A stretch of 63,870 nucleotides of DNA, filler included, from Calcarisporiella thermophila CBS 279.70 (GCF_041956535.1; 3 parts of 3 records of this genome joined end to end with filler, not necessarily neighbours in it); one strand, 5' to 3'; positions 24,587-38,323 are shown, counted from the whole stretch's first letter. Program-made: numbers and translations. Notes: generated by a model not told the origin, from the sequence alone.

Positions 24587-27500
24587 ATGTCTCGCGATCG
24601 ATTTCCGACAACTCCTAATCTCTATGAATTAAATCCAGAAGTACAAGATCTACTTTCCATCGATGAATTCAAGGTAAGAATCATCAAGTAGTAACCTTGC
24701 TTCCTCAATTGCCACAGTTACTCTGGATTATTTAATTCTAATCCTCCTGACTAGAAAAAAGATTTTACGACCAAGGAATTTATTGAAAATTTATCAAGTG
24801 CTATTTTGAGTGGTTCCGATGGCGAAAAGAGAGGTAAATGAATAGCGCATATTTAGTATTGAATGACACATCAGTTTATATGTAATAATTCTCATATGCA
24901 TAGCATTCGATCCAAAGCCCCTAATTCGAACTTTCGAAGCTGCAGTCAATCGTCTGGAGAGCTTGCGTGTTCATGTCCGTGACAAGTGTGATGAGATTGA
25001 AGGGAGCGCACAACTAGCTGAGACTTCTCATAAAAAACGACTTGGGGAACTCAACTCGCTTTTTCAGGACGTGTATCGTTCCTTTGAGAATCTCGAAACA
25101 CGTATCAATGAGGTGGGGAAAACGGCAATCCGCATTGGAGAACAACTTGAAACCTTGGATAAGCAGAGGACAAGAGCCTCAGAAGCACGAGAGGTGTTAG
25201 AGTACTATACTGATTTCATGCGAGGAGGGTCGAAAAGATTGGAACAGTTGCGAATGGGAAGTGGGCCGGATGGTCAGCGCAAGGCAGCTATAATTGCTAG
25301 GAGATTAAATGTTATTTCGAAAGATGTCGGGGCCGATGGCAAAGTACATTATTTTTCGACAAATTACTTCCTATCTATGTTTTCTCAATACTGTATGCAA
25401 ATTAACGAATCATTTAGACAAAATCTGCTATCGAGAAATTCTGCGAAGTGTTAGAGAAGGATCTGCTGGAGGACTTTGATCGAGCTTATCGTCGCGGAGA
25501 TGCTAAGATTATGGCTGTAAGTTTAAGTGAATATCCTGATGGGTTTTAATTTATTGCGCTGATACTAGTCTATTCAATAGCACTGTGCGAGAACACTACA
25601 AGAATTTAATGGAGGTCGCTCATGTATACAAATTTATGTGAATCAGCACGAGTTTTTTATGTCAAATGCTGTGCTTTACAAAGCAAATTCCGATCTACCG
25701 CCAAAATTGTAAATTCAAATTAGCATCCTTCATTAATATTTATTTTATCTGAATCTATTAATTCATTAGTGTTCAAGGACTTGAATCCCCTTCGATGGAG
25801 CTGCCTCCTCCCGACGATGGCCTCGTCACACTTTATGATACTGTTCATAGGACAATCTGTCGGGAAGCAGATATTATTGTTGCGGTATTTCCTCGACCGG
25901 CCCAAGTAATGAGCGTATTTCTACAACGCATATTTGCCCAACCAATTCAAAGCTATCTCGAGAGCTTACTCAAACATGCTGAATCGCATTCGCTCCTCGC
26001 CTATCTTCGTACTCTAGCAGCCGCGCATGCTAGCACGAAAGCTCTCATTCAGAACCTAAGTTCTCTTGATACTCTTGTTAAAGTAACTGATATCACCTCA
26101 ACATCGGCTGAAGTATCTTCATCAGGCCCTAGACTAGGAGACGGTAGCTCGTCCGCCCCTCTTTCTACTACTCTTTTACGGTGTAAGGAAGATCTTTTCG
26201 TCCCTTACACTGAGGGTGACAACTATTTGAACAAGGAGCGTGGATCTCTATCTGGACTCTTTGAAAATCTCTTGGCCAAATTTTTCTCGGCACAAGCGCA
26301 GCGAAAACTGAAAACCAAAACGGGCGGTATGTTTGCTCGTACTTTTAACCAGATTTCATCGACTGCTTCCCCAAACAAATCGGATACTGAAATGCAATCA
26401 CCTGTGAACGGAGCGACTAATGGAAGCTCGATTTCAGACGAAGAGGAGGCAGGATTGCCTTCCACAGAGATCATCTTGCACATTCTTAACATACACGCGG
26501 AAGCAGTGGCTCGATCCATTGAGCTCACGTCCGAAAGCGATCAGCCGCGAGTTGCTGGGCTACTTTTTAAGACACTATTGGAGTATGCAGTCACGCGCTA
26601 TGTAGAGGCCGCGCTTGACGGCGCATTGGATGAGTTGGCTGCGCTAGACACGAAGACAGAGCCCGAATTTAGAGGAATGCTGGTTGTGAATAGAACCAAC
26701 GATGTTTTGCGCCTATTACAGAGCCACTTTAAGGCAGCCATTGTAAATAGGCCATTCTGTTTTTTTCCTATTTTTCTTCGGTATTTTATATTCACGTTCT
26801 CTTTGCATTACCTTAGTTACCCCTGGTGATCGCATCTCCGATTACGCATCGCGAGGTAGTAAAAGATAAGAACGAGTTGATGTCGAAGATTGAAGACAAA
26901 GCAAATCAGGTGGTGCAAAAGACCATCGATGGTCGGTAGCGATTATTGGCCCGCCGCTCTCTCGCATCTACTGACTCTTTTGCATATGTTCTTTAGCTAT
27001 TACTGCTCATCTAAGCTTTTTGCTATCAAAGCAAAAGAAAAACGATTTCCGACCAAAAGACGAGGATGCTTTGATTATGAGCTTAGCTACCCAGGTGATT
27101 TTTTTACAGTCTCTATTGTTCTTATAGTATTCAATATGCTGATCAATAGTCCATTCCATTAACAGCCGTGCACTAATTGCGTCGAGTTTCTTAAAAAGAT
27201 TCATAGCAACATTACACAGTGCCTTGAGGGAAAGAATCTTGAGGCATTTTTCCTGGAAGTTGGAATAAGCTTTCATAGGTAGGTGGTGCTCAATCTTCTT
27301 GGAATGGCTTCTACGTGTTCTATTGGATTTCGAGCTAATGCTCATTTCTTCTTAGTATTTTGCTGGAGCATTTGAAGAAGTTTTACGTGAGTGCCGCGGG
27401 CGGTCTAATACTTACAAAGTGATGCTCACTGCGTTTATTTTTTTCACCCTGTATATTAATTATCTAATCTTCTTATTATTTGTAGAGATATCGTAAAATA

Positions 27501-27864
27501 CCAGGAAGTTATACATGTGTTCAAGCTTGCCCAACTAAATGAGCGCTTTGAAATGCTTCGCCAACTGGGTAACCTCTTTATCGTTCGGCCTGAGATTCTC
27601 AAATCCATCCTTTCTGAAGGATACCTGGCTCGTATTGATCAGCAGCTTCTCTATCCATACCTCGAAATGCGCGTTGATTATAAGAGCGCAAAGATCGACC
27701 ACCTCATTGGAATAGTGAATGGGAATACATCTACGAGTGGTGCTACAAGTGACTTGGACATCCTAGGCAAAAGGCTTTCCAAATTGGCGTTAGAGGACGG
27801 AGTAAAAGACGCTTTGTCAAAATACTCCACAAAGATGACCGCGTATTATTCAGCATTTAGATGA
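24587..27864 (+). CDS. SEC10: Exocyst component SEC10, multi-exon
   Basis: FDPKPLIRTFE, AIRIGEQLE, FNGGRSCIQIYVNQHEFF, LQRIFAQ, QKKNDFRP, LLEHLKKFYVSAAGGLILTKD. Confidence 0.93.
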
Positions 27865-28068
27865 AGTGAAACACTGGTTTTTCTTTTCCCTTTTACGTTG
27901 TCCTCTTTTTTTTTGTATATTTTTTAATTATTGTTTTGCTTATCCGATTAAATTCCAAGCTCTGTGATTTTCACTATTATTGCGGAGTTATTTAATATCT
28001 TCTTTATCACGTATATTAAAATCGATTAAAATTTTGAAAGGCTAACCTTAGATGAAGGGGTATTGAGA

Positions 28069-31000
28069 ATGTGCGTTCTCACGCTAGCACAAGCAAAAAG
28101 GGGCCTTCGCTCCATTTGCAGGGTCCGGTACATCTTTGTCATGCTTACTGCTATAGTCATTCTTCTTCTAGTCTCCAATCCGTCTTTAGGGGCGTTTTCT
28201 TCGCTAATCTCTTCATCCCGAAATGAGATCCCAATGTTCCGTTCCCAGGGAGCCTGTCCAGCTTCGGCAGAGGCTGGAGATTGCGGGTATTTTGGAATAA
28301 CACAAGAAGAGTGTTTGGCACGGCAGTGTTGCTGGCAGCCCACAGATCGCGATGGCGCCCCTTGGTGTCTATATAGGAAGGATATGAAATATACGTGTGC
28401 GGTGACAGAGGCAGGGAGAGAAGACTGCGGGTGGTTTGGAATTAAAAAAGATGAATGTGAAAGGCGTAATTGTTGCTGGCAAGAATCCGGTATTTATCTC
28501 CCCTCTCCGCTGTGTTTGCTATTCTATTTCAAAGGCTTATTCATATGAATCTATTGAAAATTAAAACAGATATTAAAGGGGCAAACTACTGCTATTTCCG
28601 TAAAGCTCCCTGTCCTGGATATCAGCTCTCATCACCAAAGCAGAACGGCCGGGAAATGAGTGCTAGTCTCACCCTCTCCGGCGAATGTGGTCGCTATGGG
28701 CCGGATCTTCCAAAGTTGCAGCTTAAGGTCACCCACGAGACGCCCTCTCGCTTGCATGTCAAGATTTATGCAGAAGGTCGCTACGAGATCCCTGATTCTC
28801 TCTTGCCACCCCCTTCCAACCAGCCATTCGACAGTGATCCTCTTTACGATTTCACACATGAGTCGAACCCATTTTCTTTCCGAGTACTGCGCAAGAGTAC
28901 TGGAGAGGAGCTACTAAACACTAAGGTGAAGGGGATGGATTCTCTAGTATTTGAGGAAGAATACTTGGAAATCTCTAGCATTCTGCCTAAAGAGGCGCAT
29001 ATCTACGGCTTGGGTGAGGTAGTCCATGCATTCCGTAGGGATCCTAAACAAACGTTGCAGACGATGTGGGCGCGAGATGCTGCTACGCCCATCGACGAAA
29101 ATGTCTACGGGAGCCATCCGTTTTACATGGAGGTTCGTAATGGGACTGCGCATGGTGTTTTCTTGCGGAATAGTAATGGGATGGATGTAATTCTAAATCC
29201 CGGGAAGATAACTTATAAAGTTCTCGGCGGAGTATTAGACTTTTATATCTTAATGGGACCAACCCCTACAGACGTTATCCAGCAATACACTGAAGTGGTC
29301 GGTCGTCCCGCAATGCCCCCACTCTGGTCGCTCGGTTTCCATCAGTGTCGCTACGGATTTAAAAATATAGAGGAGGTGGCTACTGTGGTTCGTAGATTCC
29401 GAGAAGAGAAAATCCCCCTAGACACGATTTGGATGGACATAGACTATATGGAGGGTTGGAAAGATTTTACTTTAGACCCTGTTAACTTCACCGAGGGGAA
29501 AGTGCGTGCGTTTACTCAAGAGTTACAAAAGAATGATCAGCATATGGTGATTATCCTCGATCCGGGAATCAAGATTGAACGAGGACATTTACCTTACGAT
29601 GAAGGAGTGCAACTTGATATATTCTTAAAAAATGAAAAAGGAAAAAATATCGTTGGGAACGTCTGGCCAGGATACACCCTTTTCCCCGACTTTTTGAATC
29701 CAAAGACTTCAGAATGGTGGGAAAGACATATCCGTGATTTTTCAAAGAGGGTAGAATTTGATGGACTCTGGATTGATATGAACGAGGTTGCGTCTTGGTG
29801 CGATGGCGAGTGCAACGTCACTGAAACGGAGGTGCTAGCGGGCAAAGCTCGTGCACCAATTCATTACAAAAGGAAACTCCAAGCCGACTCTGCATCTTCT
29901 CCTCCATATCGTATCAATAACGCAGGTAAACGAGCATCTCTCGACCAAAAGACTGTCTCTGTGAAAGCCGTGCACGCCAATGGCCTGAAAGAATACAATG
30001 TCCATAATCTCTACGGCCACAGTGAGGCGATTGCGACCGATCGTGCATTACGCAATGTTTTCAAAGGGAAGCGCCCGTTCATATTGACAAGGTCTACATT
30101 TGCTGGGACAGGATCGTATGCTGCCCACTGGTCGGGTGACAACTGGTCACAATGGTTACACCTCTATCTGTCGATACCTGCAATACTGAACTTTCAACTT
30201 TTTGGCATACCTCTGACTGGTATGTGCATTTTCTGCTTTTTTTTTCCTATATTCTATTGAAATGCTTCTCATTAATTATATGCTTTATCCTATTACCATC
30301 GTTTAGGTACCGATATATGCGGTAAGTATAGTTGGATTTGCTATGTATGATTGATTCCACTCACCAACTATCCTATTGCAGGTTTTATCGGAGAGGTTAC
30401 CGAAGAGCTGTGCCTTCGCTGGATGCAACTTGGCGCATTCTTCCCTTTCTCTCGGAATCACAATGCAATTAATGAACCTGATCAATGTACATCAATTTTT
30501 TTTCGATACGAAAATACTCAAACTAATATAATTATTGTTCATAGATCCTTATGTTTGGCCATCAGTTGCAAAAGCATCTCGAGGTACGTTTAGAATTTGT
30601 TTAGTCAAGTAATTGCATGTATTAACTGATTTCTTTTCATTAATAGAGGCCCTTCTTATTCGATATTCTATGCTTCCCTATATATACACCCTCTTTTATG
30701 ATGCTCACACTCTTGGCGCTACTGTCTGGCGTCCGCTGTTTTTCGAATTCCCTAATGAATCAGAAACCCTTATGATAGATCGACAGGTAATGCTGGGCGA
30801 TGCAATACTTATCTCTCCGGCTCTTGATGCCGGGGCCCGAAGTGTAAGCGCCTATTTCCCTCGAGGCATGTGGTATGATTTCCATACCCGCACACTGGAG
30901 ATAGAGGAACGTGACTCTGGATCATATCATAAAATCAAAGCACCTCTTGAAAAGATACCTCTTCATATACGTGGAGGTAGAATCGTGCCTTTACAGCATC

Positions 31001-31386
31001 CGGAAATGACGACTGCGGCAACGAGGAGAAATGAGTTCATTCTTCTCATTGCTCCTGATTCGCAAATCGCAGCAACTGGTCGGGTATATCTGGACGATGG
31101 ACAGAGTGAGAAAATAGAGGACAATTATTCAGATATAAAATTCCAGTACAGTGATGCTCGACTATCGGGTAATGGTAAATATGGCTACCAACGACGTGAG
31201 GGTACAGATAAGATTGGCGAGATTGTAGTGTTTGGGGTGAAAGGACACAAGGGGGTTAAGGACATTCAATTGAACTCGAAGTTGGTAAATGGGGCGACGG
31301 TGGATATCAAAGATGGAACAGCCGTATTCAAGGGTCTTTCGATACCACTCACCAAAGAGTTTGTCTTAAGTTGGAAGTGGGAATGA
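28069..31386 (+). CDS. GH31 alpha-glucosidase with N-terminal hydrophobic anchor and two trefoil (P-type) domains, multi-exon
   Basis: Two DCG.FGI...EC....CCW repeats, YGLGE, YGSHPFY, WMDIDY, nucleophile motif WIDMNE, acid/base motif [22 protein letters not shown]. Includes a 15-nt micro-exon at 30307-30321. Confidence 0.93.
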
Positions 31387-31801
31387 TGTGGCATTATATT
31401 TATAATCTAATGAGGCTCGGATATTCTTTGCAAAAAAAGCGCCCCCAGGACCTTTTTTAATACCGCTAGATAAATTAAGAGGTGGAGGTCAGCATCTGCA
31501 AATTTTAACTCTTTAGGTTTTCTTTTCTTTAACCAATAGAATGAGTTCTTTCTATGGAAATTGACTTGGTGTGAGAATCATGAGTTAAAAGAAAATTACC
31601 CCTTAAAATTCAAAACTGTAGTACACCATTAATACAGGGATATTTCAAACTATTTTAAATTGAATAACTCTCATTTTGTCTCCATTAAAAACTTAATGTG
31701 TATAAATAAATGGTTTTCTCTATTATAAGCAAAAATTTGATGAGAAATGTTAAGATTTATGCACATGCTAGATGCTTTGGCACAATTAATACATCAACTT
31801 T

Positions 31802-31901
31802 NNNNNNNNNNNNNNNNNNNNNNNNNNNNNNNNNNNNNNNNNNNNTTAATTAATTAANNNNNNNNNNNNNNNNNNNNNNNNNNNNNNNNNNNNNNNNNNN
31901 N
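31802..31901. other. Artificial assembly gap/linker
   Basis: 44 N + TTAATTAATTAA + 44 N. Confidence 0.97.
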
Positions 31902-32745
31902 ACGCAATTTTTGATCCAAGCCACATTCTGCTTGATTATGCTTACTAGGGAATGTCAAAATTCAACCGGTTGATTAATACTCCGAATATCAAACCTAGAA
32001 ATACATATAAAAATTTGGCTCGAATATGTATGATAAGAAACTATATTTCCATTATCTGTTCCACTCTCATTCCTTTAGTATATCTTAATTGTGGAGTGCA
32101 ACGAAATATGAACATCTGGTAACATGGATTAAGCCTCGTTTAAATTACCTCCATTTTTATCCTTAACACTAAACAAAAAATATCCAAAGTGTGAAAAGCG
32201 AGGCTTTCATATTGTAAATTTGGAAGTAGCTCATACAATTCAATAATCCACTCGAACATGGTGAACTCGAAAACGAGATGAATCAATAATTATGAAAAAT
32301 TGGATGCAAAAAGCTAACCATATGAAATTCGTGTTGCTGCATCAATTAGATCTTAGTATTACGACCCTAAATAGCGATGGAAAAAAAAAATAAATTATAT
32401 ATCAAGCATTAAATAAATAATCTTGCAAATTGTTAAAACAAACGGATGTAAAATGATAATATGTATATTTTTAATTTATTCTACTTGGGTTATTAGCAAA
32501 ATGCATCGATCACCTAGAGCAAGGTGAACGAAAGTGAGTTCACTACCAACTTCGTAATAATCTCATATATATTTATCAACCTTCTTAGATGATATTCAAA
32601 ATTGTGTAAAATTTTGCAAAACATGCTTACAATGTTGCCTCAAAATGAATTAGCGTTAATGGAAAATAAAATAAATAAAGTGTTAGAACCTATTTATAAA
32701 TCTTAATAGAAACTTGGCTGAGCATAGCTTAAATTTCATATCCAG

Positions 32746-33613
32746 TCACTGCTCTCTTGCCATCTGACATATACGCTTATTGTCGAATGTCTCCACCACT
32801 AGATCCTTGGAAGAAGACTGGCTAGTAGTAGCTTCAATGGCACATTTGCGCATCGCCTTGGCGACAGAAACAACCGATACGCTCATTGCATCAGGAGCAA
32901 CGAAATCCGCCACAGGTATAAGCAATTTTCCAGTCCAGTGCTCCACAAACCGCTGTCTTTCTCTCTCGGTGTTTTCAAGCTTAAGAAATCCGGGACGAAA
33001 AATGCTCAGCCGTGGAAATTCAAGTTGTTTAACATCACGCTCTATAAGTCCTTTGGTTCTCGGATAAAGTAAAGCTGACGTTTCAGATGAGTTCATAGCT
33101 GTTACCAAGAGAAAATGCCCGGCGAGCTTGTTTGTACTAGTGGCATTGATCGCGGTGGACTCGCCTTCTTTTAAACAATCTTTATATGCTTTGGCTGCTG
33201 CTAAGACATAATCATGATCGATGCGTACAAATGCTTCGGCAGAACCTGCATCTGCGCGAGTCGTTCCTAAACAACAGAAGCCTACATCATGTCCACGGAA
33301 AATATTTTTGCAGTGCGTGTAGTATTCTTGATCTTCAGGCTTGGCATCAGGTGCTTCTGCCGCAAGTAGTTTTTCAAAATCAATAGTTTGTTGCATTAGT
33401 TTTTCCTTATTTTGTCCTTCGTAATCAAAGGTCCTAGATAAAATCATGTGGGAATGTAATTTGAAATATGCATTCCATCTAAGTGGAAATTGATTACCTT
33501 CTTCCGACAGTAGTCACTTTGGAAAAGACATTTGATTGCAAGAGTTCACAGACAAGCGCTTTCCCTACTGCTCCAGTTGCGCCAAGAACAAATGCAGACA
33601 AGGTGTGTTCCAT
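32746..33613 (-). CDS. FMP52: HTATIP2/TIP30/Fmp52-like NAD(P)-binding oxidoreductase, 2 exons
   Basis: VLGATGAVG Rossmann motif, intron 33497-33434, FCCLGTTRADAGS, IDHDYV, LYPRTKG, IFRPG. Confidence 0.88.
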
Positions 33614-35805
33614 TGGATCGACGATTTTAAGAGTAAAAAAGATAAAATTGTATTATCCTGAATAACGAAATTGTCTACAGGGATCGCATATCAAGCGTTC
33701 CGTATAAAAAATTGGCTTACTCGGATATTAATTCGAATACTGGTAAATTTTTCTTTTTTCGCTTACGCGTCTCCAATTTTCAGAGTAAACTTATCAAACC
33801 AATGATCTGAAAATTATCTGTAAGTGCAAAATGGTAGATATCTGCGAAAAAGCTAATCACTTTCTCTAATAAGCTTTCTCTTGTAACAATCATTATTGCA
33901 ATTAGCAACATTGAAAAAAGGATTCTTGAGATCCTTAACATCGGTAACATTAATTCAATTCGGTGAAACGCCAAATTAATATTCCAAATTCCACTGGCCT
34001 TAATTATTATCTAGTTAAATCCATCAAATACTGATACCACAAAAGAACTAATTAATTTTGTCTCTCATCTTAGGTACAATGCTAGATGCAACCCAATTTC
34101 ATCTATTTCACATGGCGATGCGATTTATGAAAACATCACAGCTAGATTATCCTCCCAACTATCAATTTTAGCTTGAATATCGAGAATAATGATAGTGGTT
34201 GAGGCGACGTAGAATTGAAGAGAAAACGGCACTCTAGATTCAAGGATTTTGACATATTACTATGTTTATTTAAAATCTTCTCTAGGATCAAGTTGATGGC
34301 AATAAATAGTAAGATATGTTGACAATTCGAGTTTGAGTAACTAATCATTTTGTATTGACTATAATCCTACATTTTTTTCTGCAATACTATTTTAGAATCG
34401 CTCTAATTGTACGACATTTTGTGTGTTTGTTTATCATCGCAGATATCATATGGATTTCTGTCGGTATCTATAACTATTCAAGGTTTTCTAGAAAGCTTAC
34501 ACGTAACCTATACGTAAGAGCTTCATAGTTACATATGCCCGACTCTTTGCCTTTGCCTGGTATGAAAAAATCGGAACTACCTTCCTCAGAATGTTTTCTT
34601 AATCCAGAATTCTCAAATAAACTTTAAGCGCGTACTATTAAATACGGTTGAATACTTTAAGAATGCGTGAATTCCTATTCTTCTTTCAAATATCCCATAT
34701 TAGGTGATACTCTGCAAATATTTGTATAACATATCCAATAGCACATAGTATTCACATACCTCTAGGGTACAGAATTGTGTTGCAAATACGCTTCATTATT
34801 TCGATTGTTTAAAAAAAGATAGCGTATAAAGATATATGATAGAGTTTTAAGGTTTAAATATAATGTGAGATATTTTTTCATTACAAGCAATTACAGTGAA
34901 ATCGTATGACAAGTTTCTAACAAGTCATCTCTATGTTATGTTAAAATAAAAGAGCCAACCTAAATTACATTGACAAGTACTGTTTATAGTAGGTTTATTC
35001 TAGTATATTTAATTACAGACAAAGGCTTTGGCTTGAGGCGCCGTCGAAACTGATACGTTGTTTGGTCATGGTGAAAGGTTTGCCAGAAGAGTAGGCATCC
35101 ATGTAAAATTTACAATAGAATGCCGACTACGTCAGCAGTCCATGTTTCACGATGATGGGGCCGTTTTATTGGACAAATGAGCTACTTCCAGAGAATTTTG
35201 CATAGAAAATTAAAGAAATTTAAAGAAATTTAAAAAAAAATCTGAGAATAAATCAAGAGTATAAAAGGCTGTCGTTTCCCAAGTGCAACTCCTTGGCCGT
35301 TTTTTGAGCTGGCATACTTCCGTTTGAGAAATGGAGCCCTCGTCCACGCAAGCAACAAATCGCGAGTACTGAAGGATCTCTCTTGGCACTACTCTCTCCA
35401 GTGCCTATCCGCGAGAGACATCAGTGGACGCCAGCGGACGATATAGCGGACGCGATTGGGCACAAAACACCATACGCACTGGAGTCCATCCTCACGTTTG
35501 AGGAGCGACAAGTAATATGGGACAGCAGTCCCCCCGATCAGACCTCAAGTATGGCGCACCTCTGATGAACCCGTCGATCTGGCCATTCATGGGCAATACC
35601 GCCAGAAGACACGACGCGAACCTGGCGGAAATCTCGAAGGAGGTTATGTTAATCTCCAGGCTCTTGGATATCCTGTTAGGAGATATTCTCCGGTTAAGGA
35701 ACGCACTGGGCGAGGAGGTAACTGATCGGCTACTCCAAAGAGCGTCGGACGCCCGCGATTTAGTCTTCAGCCTGGCATCGCACATCACAATAACGCGTCA
35801 CCATG

Positions 35806-36118
35806 TGTAACAGTTCAACAACTGTCAGAAATGTTATCCCTTATTAAAGAATGGGGAAAGGTCAATATTATTATTAAAACTGTCCAAAACATAATGAATG
35901 AATCGTATCCTCACCTTATTAAAGAATGGGGAAAGGTGAGGAACCAAAAAATCAAGGAATTAGGAGGTATATAAAGAAGAATTCAAGAAAAACAAAGCTG
36001 CATCACAGAACTAGATCGTAATTTAATAATTAAATGAAAGAAACGAGTATATGTGTGTATAAAATGTATTAAATGAATGGTGTGAAAAAAAAAGGGGTCG
36101 GAACTTGGTCGTGTTACA
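35806..36118. mobile_element. Solo LTR (313 bp) inserted in the DIRS gag
   Basis: TGTAACA...TGTTACA termini; TSD CCATG/CCATT; removal restores the gag frame (RHHEAYKVADIPTAVLHERLERSF). Confidence 0.85.
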
Positions 36119-36337
36119 CCATTAGGCATACAAGGTAGCAGATATTCCTACTGCTGTACTGCACGAAAGATTGGAGAGAAGTTTCGTCATCGACGAGAAA
36201 GAATTGCGCGAAGATTTAGCAGCGCATAAAAAGGAGCGGAATCGCTCACAGAGGAGGCGAAAAACCTCGCGCCAGGAGGAGCCACCACGAATCCCGGCAC
36301 AGCAACCTCAAGTCACTTCATCGAACAGAGCAAAAAA

Positions 36338-38323
36338 ATGGAAAAAGACTGGTGGGGCAAAACAGCCCTCCCCGTCCAATGTTTAGCTTCCGACGCAAGC
36401 CCACGACAGGTAGAGCCACGCGTACCGGTCGGGGGACGTTTGCGAAAATACAGAAACGCGTGGCGAGGAATCCCCGCCCCTCTATGGATACGCAAGATAA
36501 TCAGAGAAGGTTACAAAATCCAATTCTGGAAGGAGCCGAGGTTCAACCACCTATCTCCCCCAAAGAGACTCCCAGCCGACCACCAGAGCGTGAAGGCCAT
36601 TTCCGAGGAGGTGAGATCACTATTGGAGAAAGAGGCTATAGAGGAAGTTCCACGGGACGCCCCAGGAATAGTCTCCAACATCTTCGTCATATCGAAGAGC
36701 TCGGGCAAACTCCGCCCAGTGGTAGACCTACGTCTACTCAACCAGTCGGTGAAGAAGGAGCGCTTCAAGATGGAAACTCTTCAGTCAATTCTACCCCTGA
36801 TACAGAAGGACGACTGGTTGACTTCGATAGATCTCAAGGATGCGTTCCTGCATGTACCGGTCCACCAGGGGTCCAGGAAATACCTCCAGTTCATTTGGGG
36901 TGGCAGGAAGTATCAGTTCAAAGTTCTTCTCTTCGGACTAACTTCTTCCTCCCGGATATTCACCAAGGTCCTTCGCCCAGTCCTCACGGTGTGCCGAAAG
37001 GCAGGGATAAGAGTGGCGGCTTACCTGGACGATCTACTGATTGCAGCATCGTCGATAGAAGAGTCCAAGATGCACACCCAAATGTTGATCAACACTTTGG
37101 AGAAGTTCGGCTTCGTGGCTAATTTCGAGAAGTCAACTCTAACGCCTTCCCAAGAGATCAAACACTTGGGGTTCAAGATTCACACCCGGGAAATGACTCT
37201 CAACCTTCCGCGGAAGAAAGTCAGGGATATATCCAGGGTAGCGCTCAAGCTCTACAAGACCGGAGTAACTACTCCTCGACAGCTCAATGCATTCCTGAGA
37301 ACTACGAATGCAGCCTGTCCTGCGGTCATGCCGGGGAGGCTGTTCGCTCGCTCACTAATGAGGGCGTTATCTCCATCCCTGAACGCCAATCCCGACTGGG
37401 ATACCCCATTCACAATACCGGAGGAAGCGTTGGAAGAGCTCGATTGGTGGGCAGAGGAGTTCGGGAAATGGAACGGTCGCTCCTTTCTACCACCGGCCCC
37501 GGCAGAAAGCGTTACGACCGATGCGTCAGATGACGGTTGGGGCGCGCAATACCAGTCTACGACTATCGGGGGTCCATGGTCTCCGGAGGAGAAAAAGTTC
37601 CACATCAACTGGAAGGAACTCAAAACCGTGGAGTTGTGTCTGGAGGCCTTCCCTTCTCTCAGGGAGACCACCTTACTGGTCCGGACGGACAACACTACGG
37701 CCTTGGCGTACCTCAACAATCTCGGAGGGACTCGTTCTCCTCGTCTCAACGAGATTGCCAGGAAAATCTGGACAATCTGCCTGGAGCGACACATACAATT
37801 GGTAGCAGAACACATCCCCGGTCACCTGAATAACAAGGCGGACACAGCATCTCGGGAGATCAGGACGAATCAAGCATGGTTTATCGACAACCGGGCATTC
37901 AACAAGATAGGGAAGGCCTGGGGACCACACTCAGTGGACCTATTCGCGGACAGACTCACGAACCGTCTCCCGCGTTTCTTCTCATGGCACCCAGAGTCAG
38001 GGGCAGCAGCAACAGATGCCCTAATGCAGGATTGGAGCAAAGAGCAGAACCCATATGCCAATCCTCCGTGGGCTCTGATAGCACGGGTCTTACGCAAAGT
38101 GTTGCTGGAACAGGTCAAGCTGACGCTGGTGACCCCGCACTGGCCATCAGCTCCCTGGTTCCCCCTACTCCAACAGCTGAGCATAGCGAAGCCAGTCAGA
38201 ATTCCGAGGAAAGCGATCCAGCTAACCACTCCCCTAACGAGATACCCCCTCAAGATCAAGTCGTGGTTTATGACAGCTTGGCGCATCTCGGGGAAGAATT
38301 GCGTTCGCAAGGCTTATCCTTAG
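36338..38323 (+). CDS. DIRS pol: reverse transcriptase + RNase H + Dam-like adenine methyltransferase domain
   Basis: LRPVVDLR, IDLKDAFLH, YLDD; TDAS..GWG, HINWKEL, TDN, N..AD..SR; VDLFA, YANPPW. Confidence 0.93.
   Translation: MEKDWWGKTALPVQCLASDASPRQVEPRVPVGGRLRKYRNAWRGIPAPLWIRKIIREGYKIQFWKEPRFNHLSPPKRLPADHQSVKAISEEVRSLLEKEAIEEVPRDAPGIVSNIFVISKSSGKLRPVVDLRLLNQSVKKERFKMETLQSILPLIQKDDWLTSIDLKDAFLHVPVHQGSRKYLQFIWGGRKYQFKVLLFGLTSSSRIFTKVLRPVLTVCRKAGIRVAAYLDDLLIAASSIEESKMHTQMLINTLEKFGFVANFEKSTLTPSQEIKHLGFKIHTREMTLNLPRKKVRDISRVALKLYKTGVTTPRQLNAFLRTTNAACPAVMPGRLFARSLMRALSPSLNANPDWDTPFTIPEEALEELDWWAEEFGKWNGRSFLPPAPAESVTTDASDDGWGAQYQSTTIGGPWSPEEKKFHINWKELKTVELCLEAFPSLRETTLLVRTDNTTALAYLNNLGGTRSPRLNEIARKIWTICLERHIQLVAEHIPGHLNNKADTASREIRTNQAWFIDNRAFNKIGKAWGPHSVDLFADRLTNRLPRFFSWHPESGAAATDALMQDWSKEQNPYANPPWALIARVLRKVLLEQVKLTLVTPHWPSAPWFPLLQQLSIAKPVRIPRKAIQLTTPLTRYPLKIKSWFMTAWRISGKNCVRKAYP

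Noticed and set aside
31846-31857. TTAATTAATTAA palindrome, repeated at 51864-51875
   Set aside because: It is centred in identical 100-nt N blocks, so it is an assembly linker. Linkage across it is unverified.
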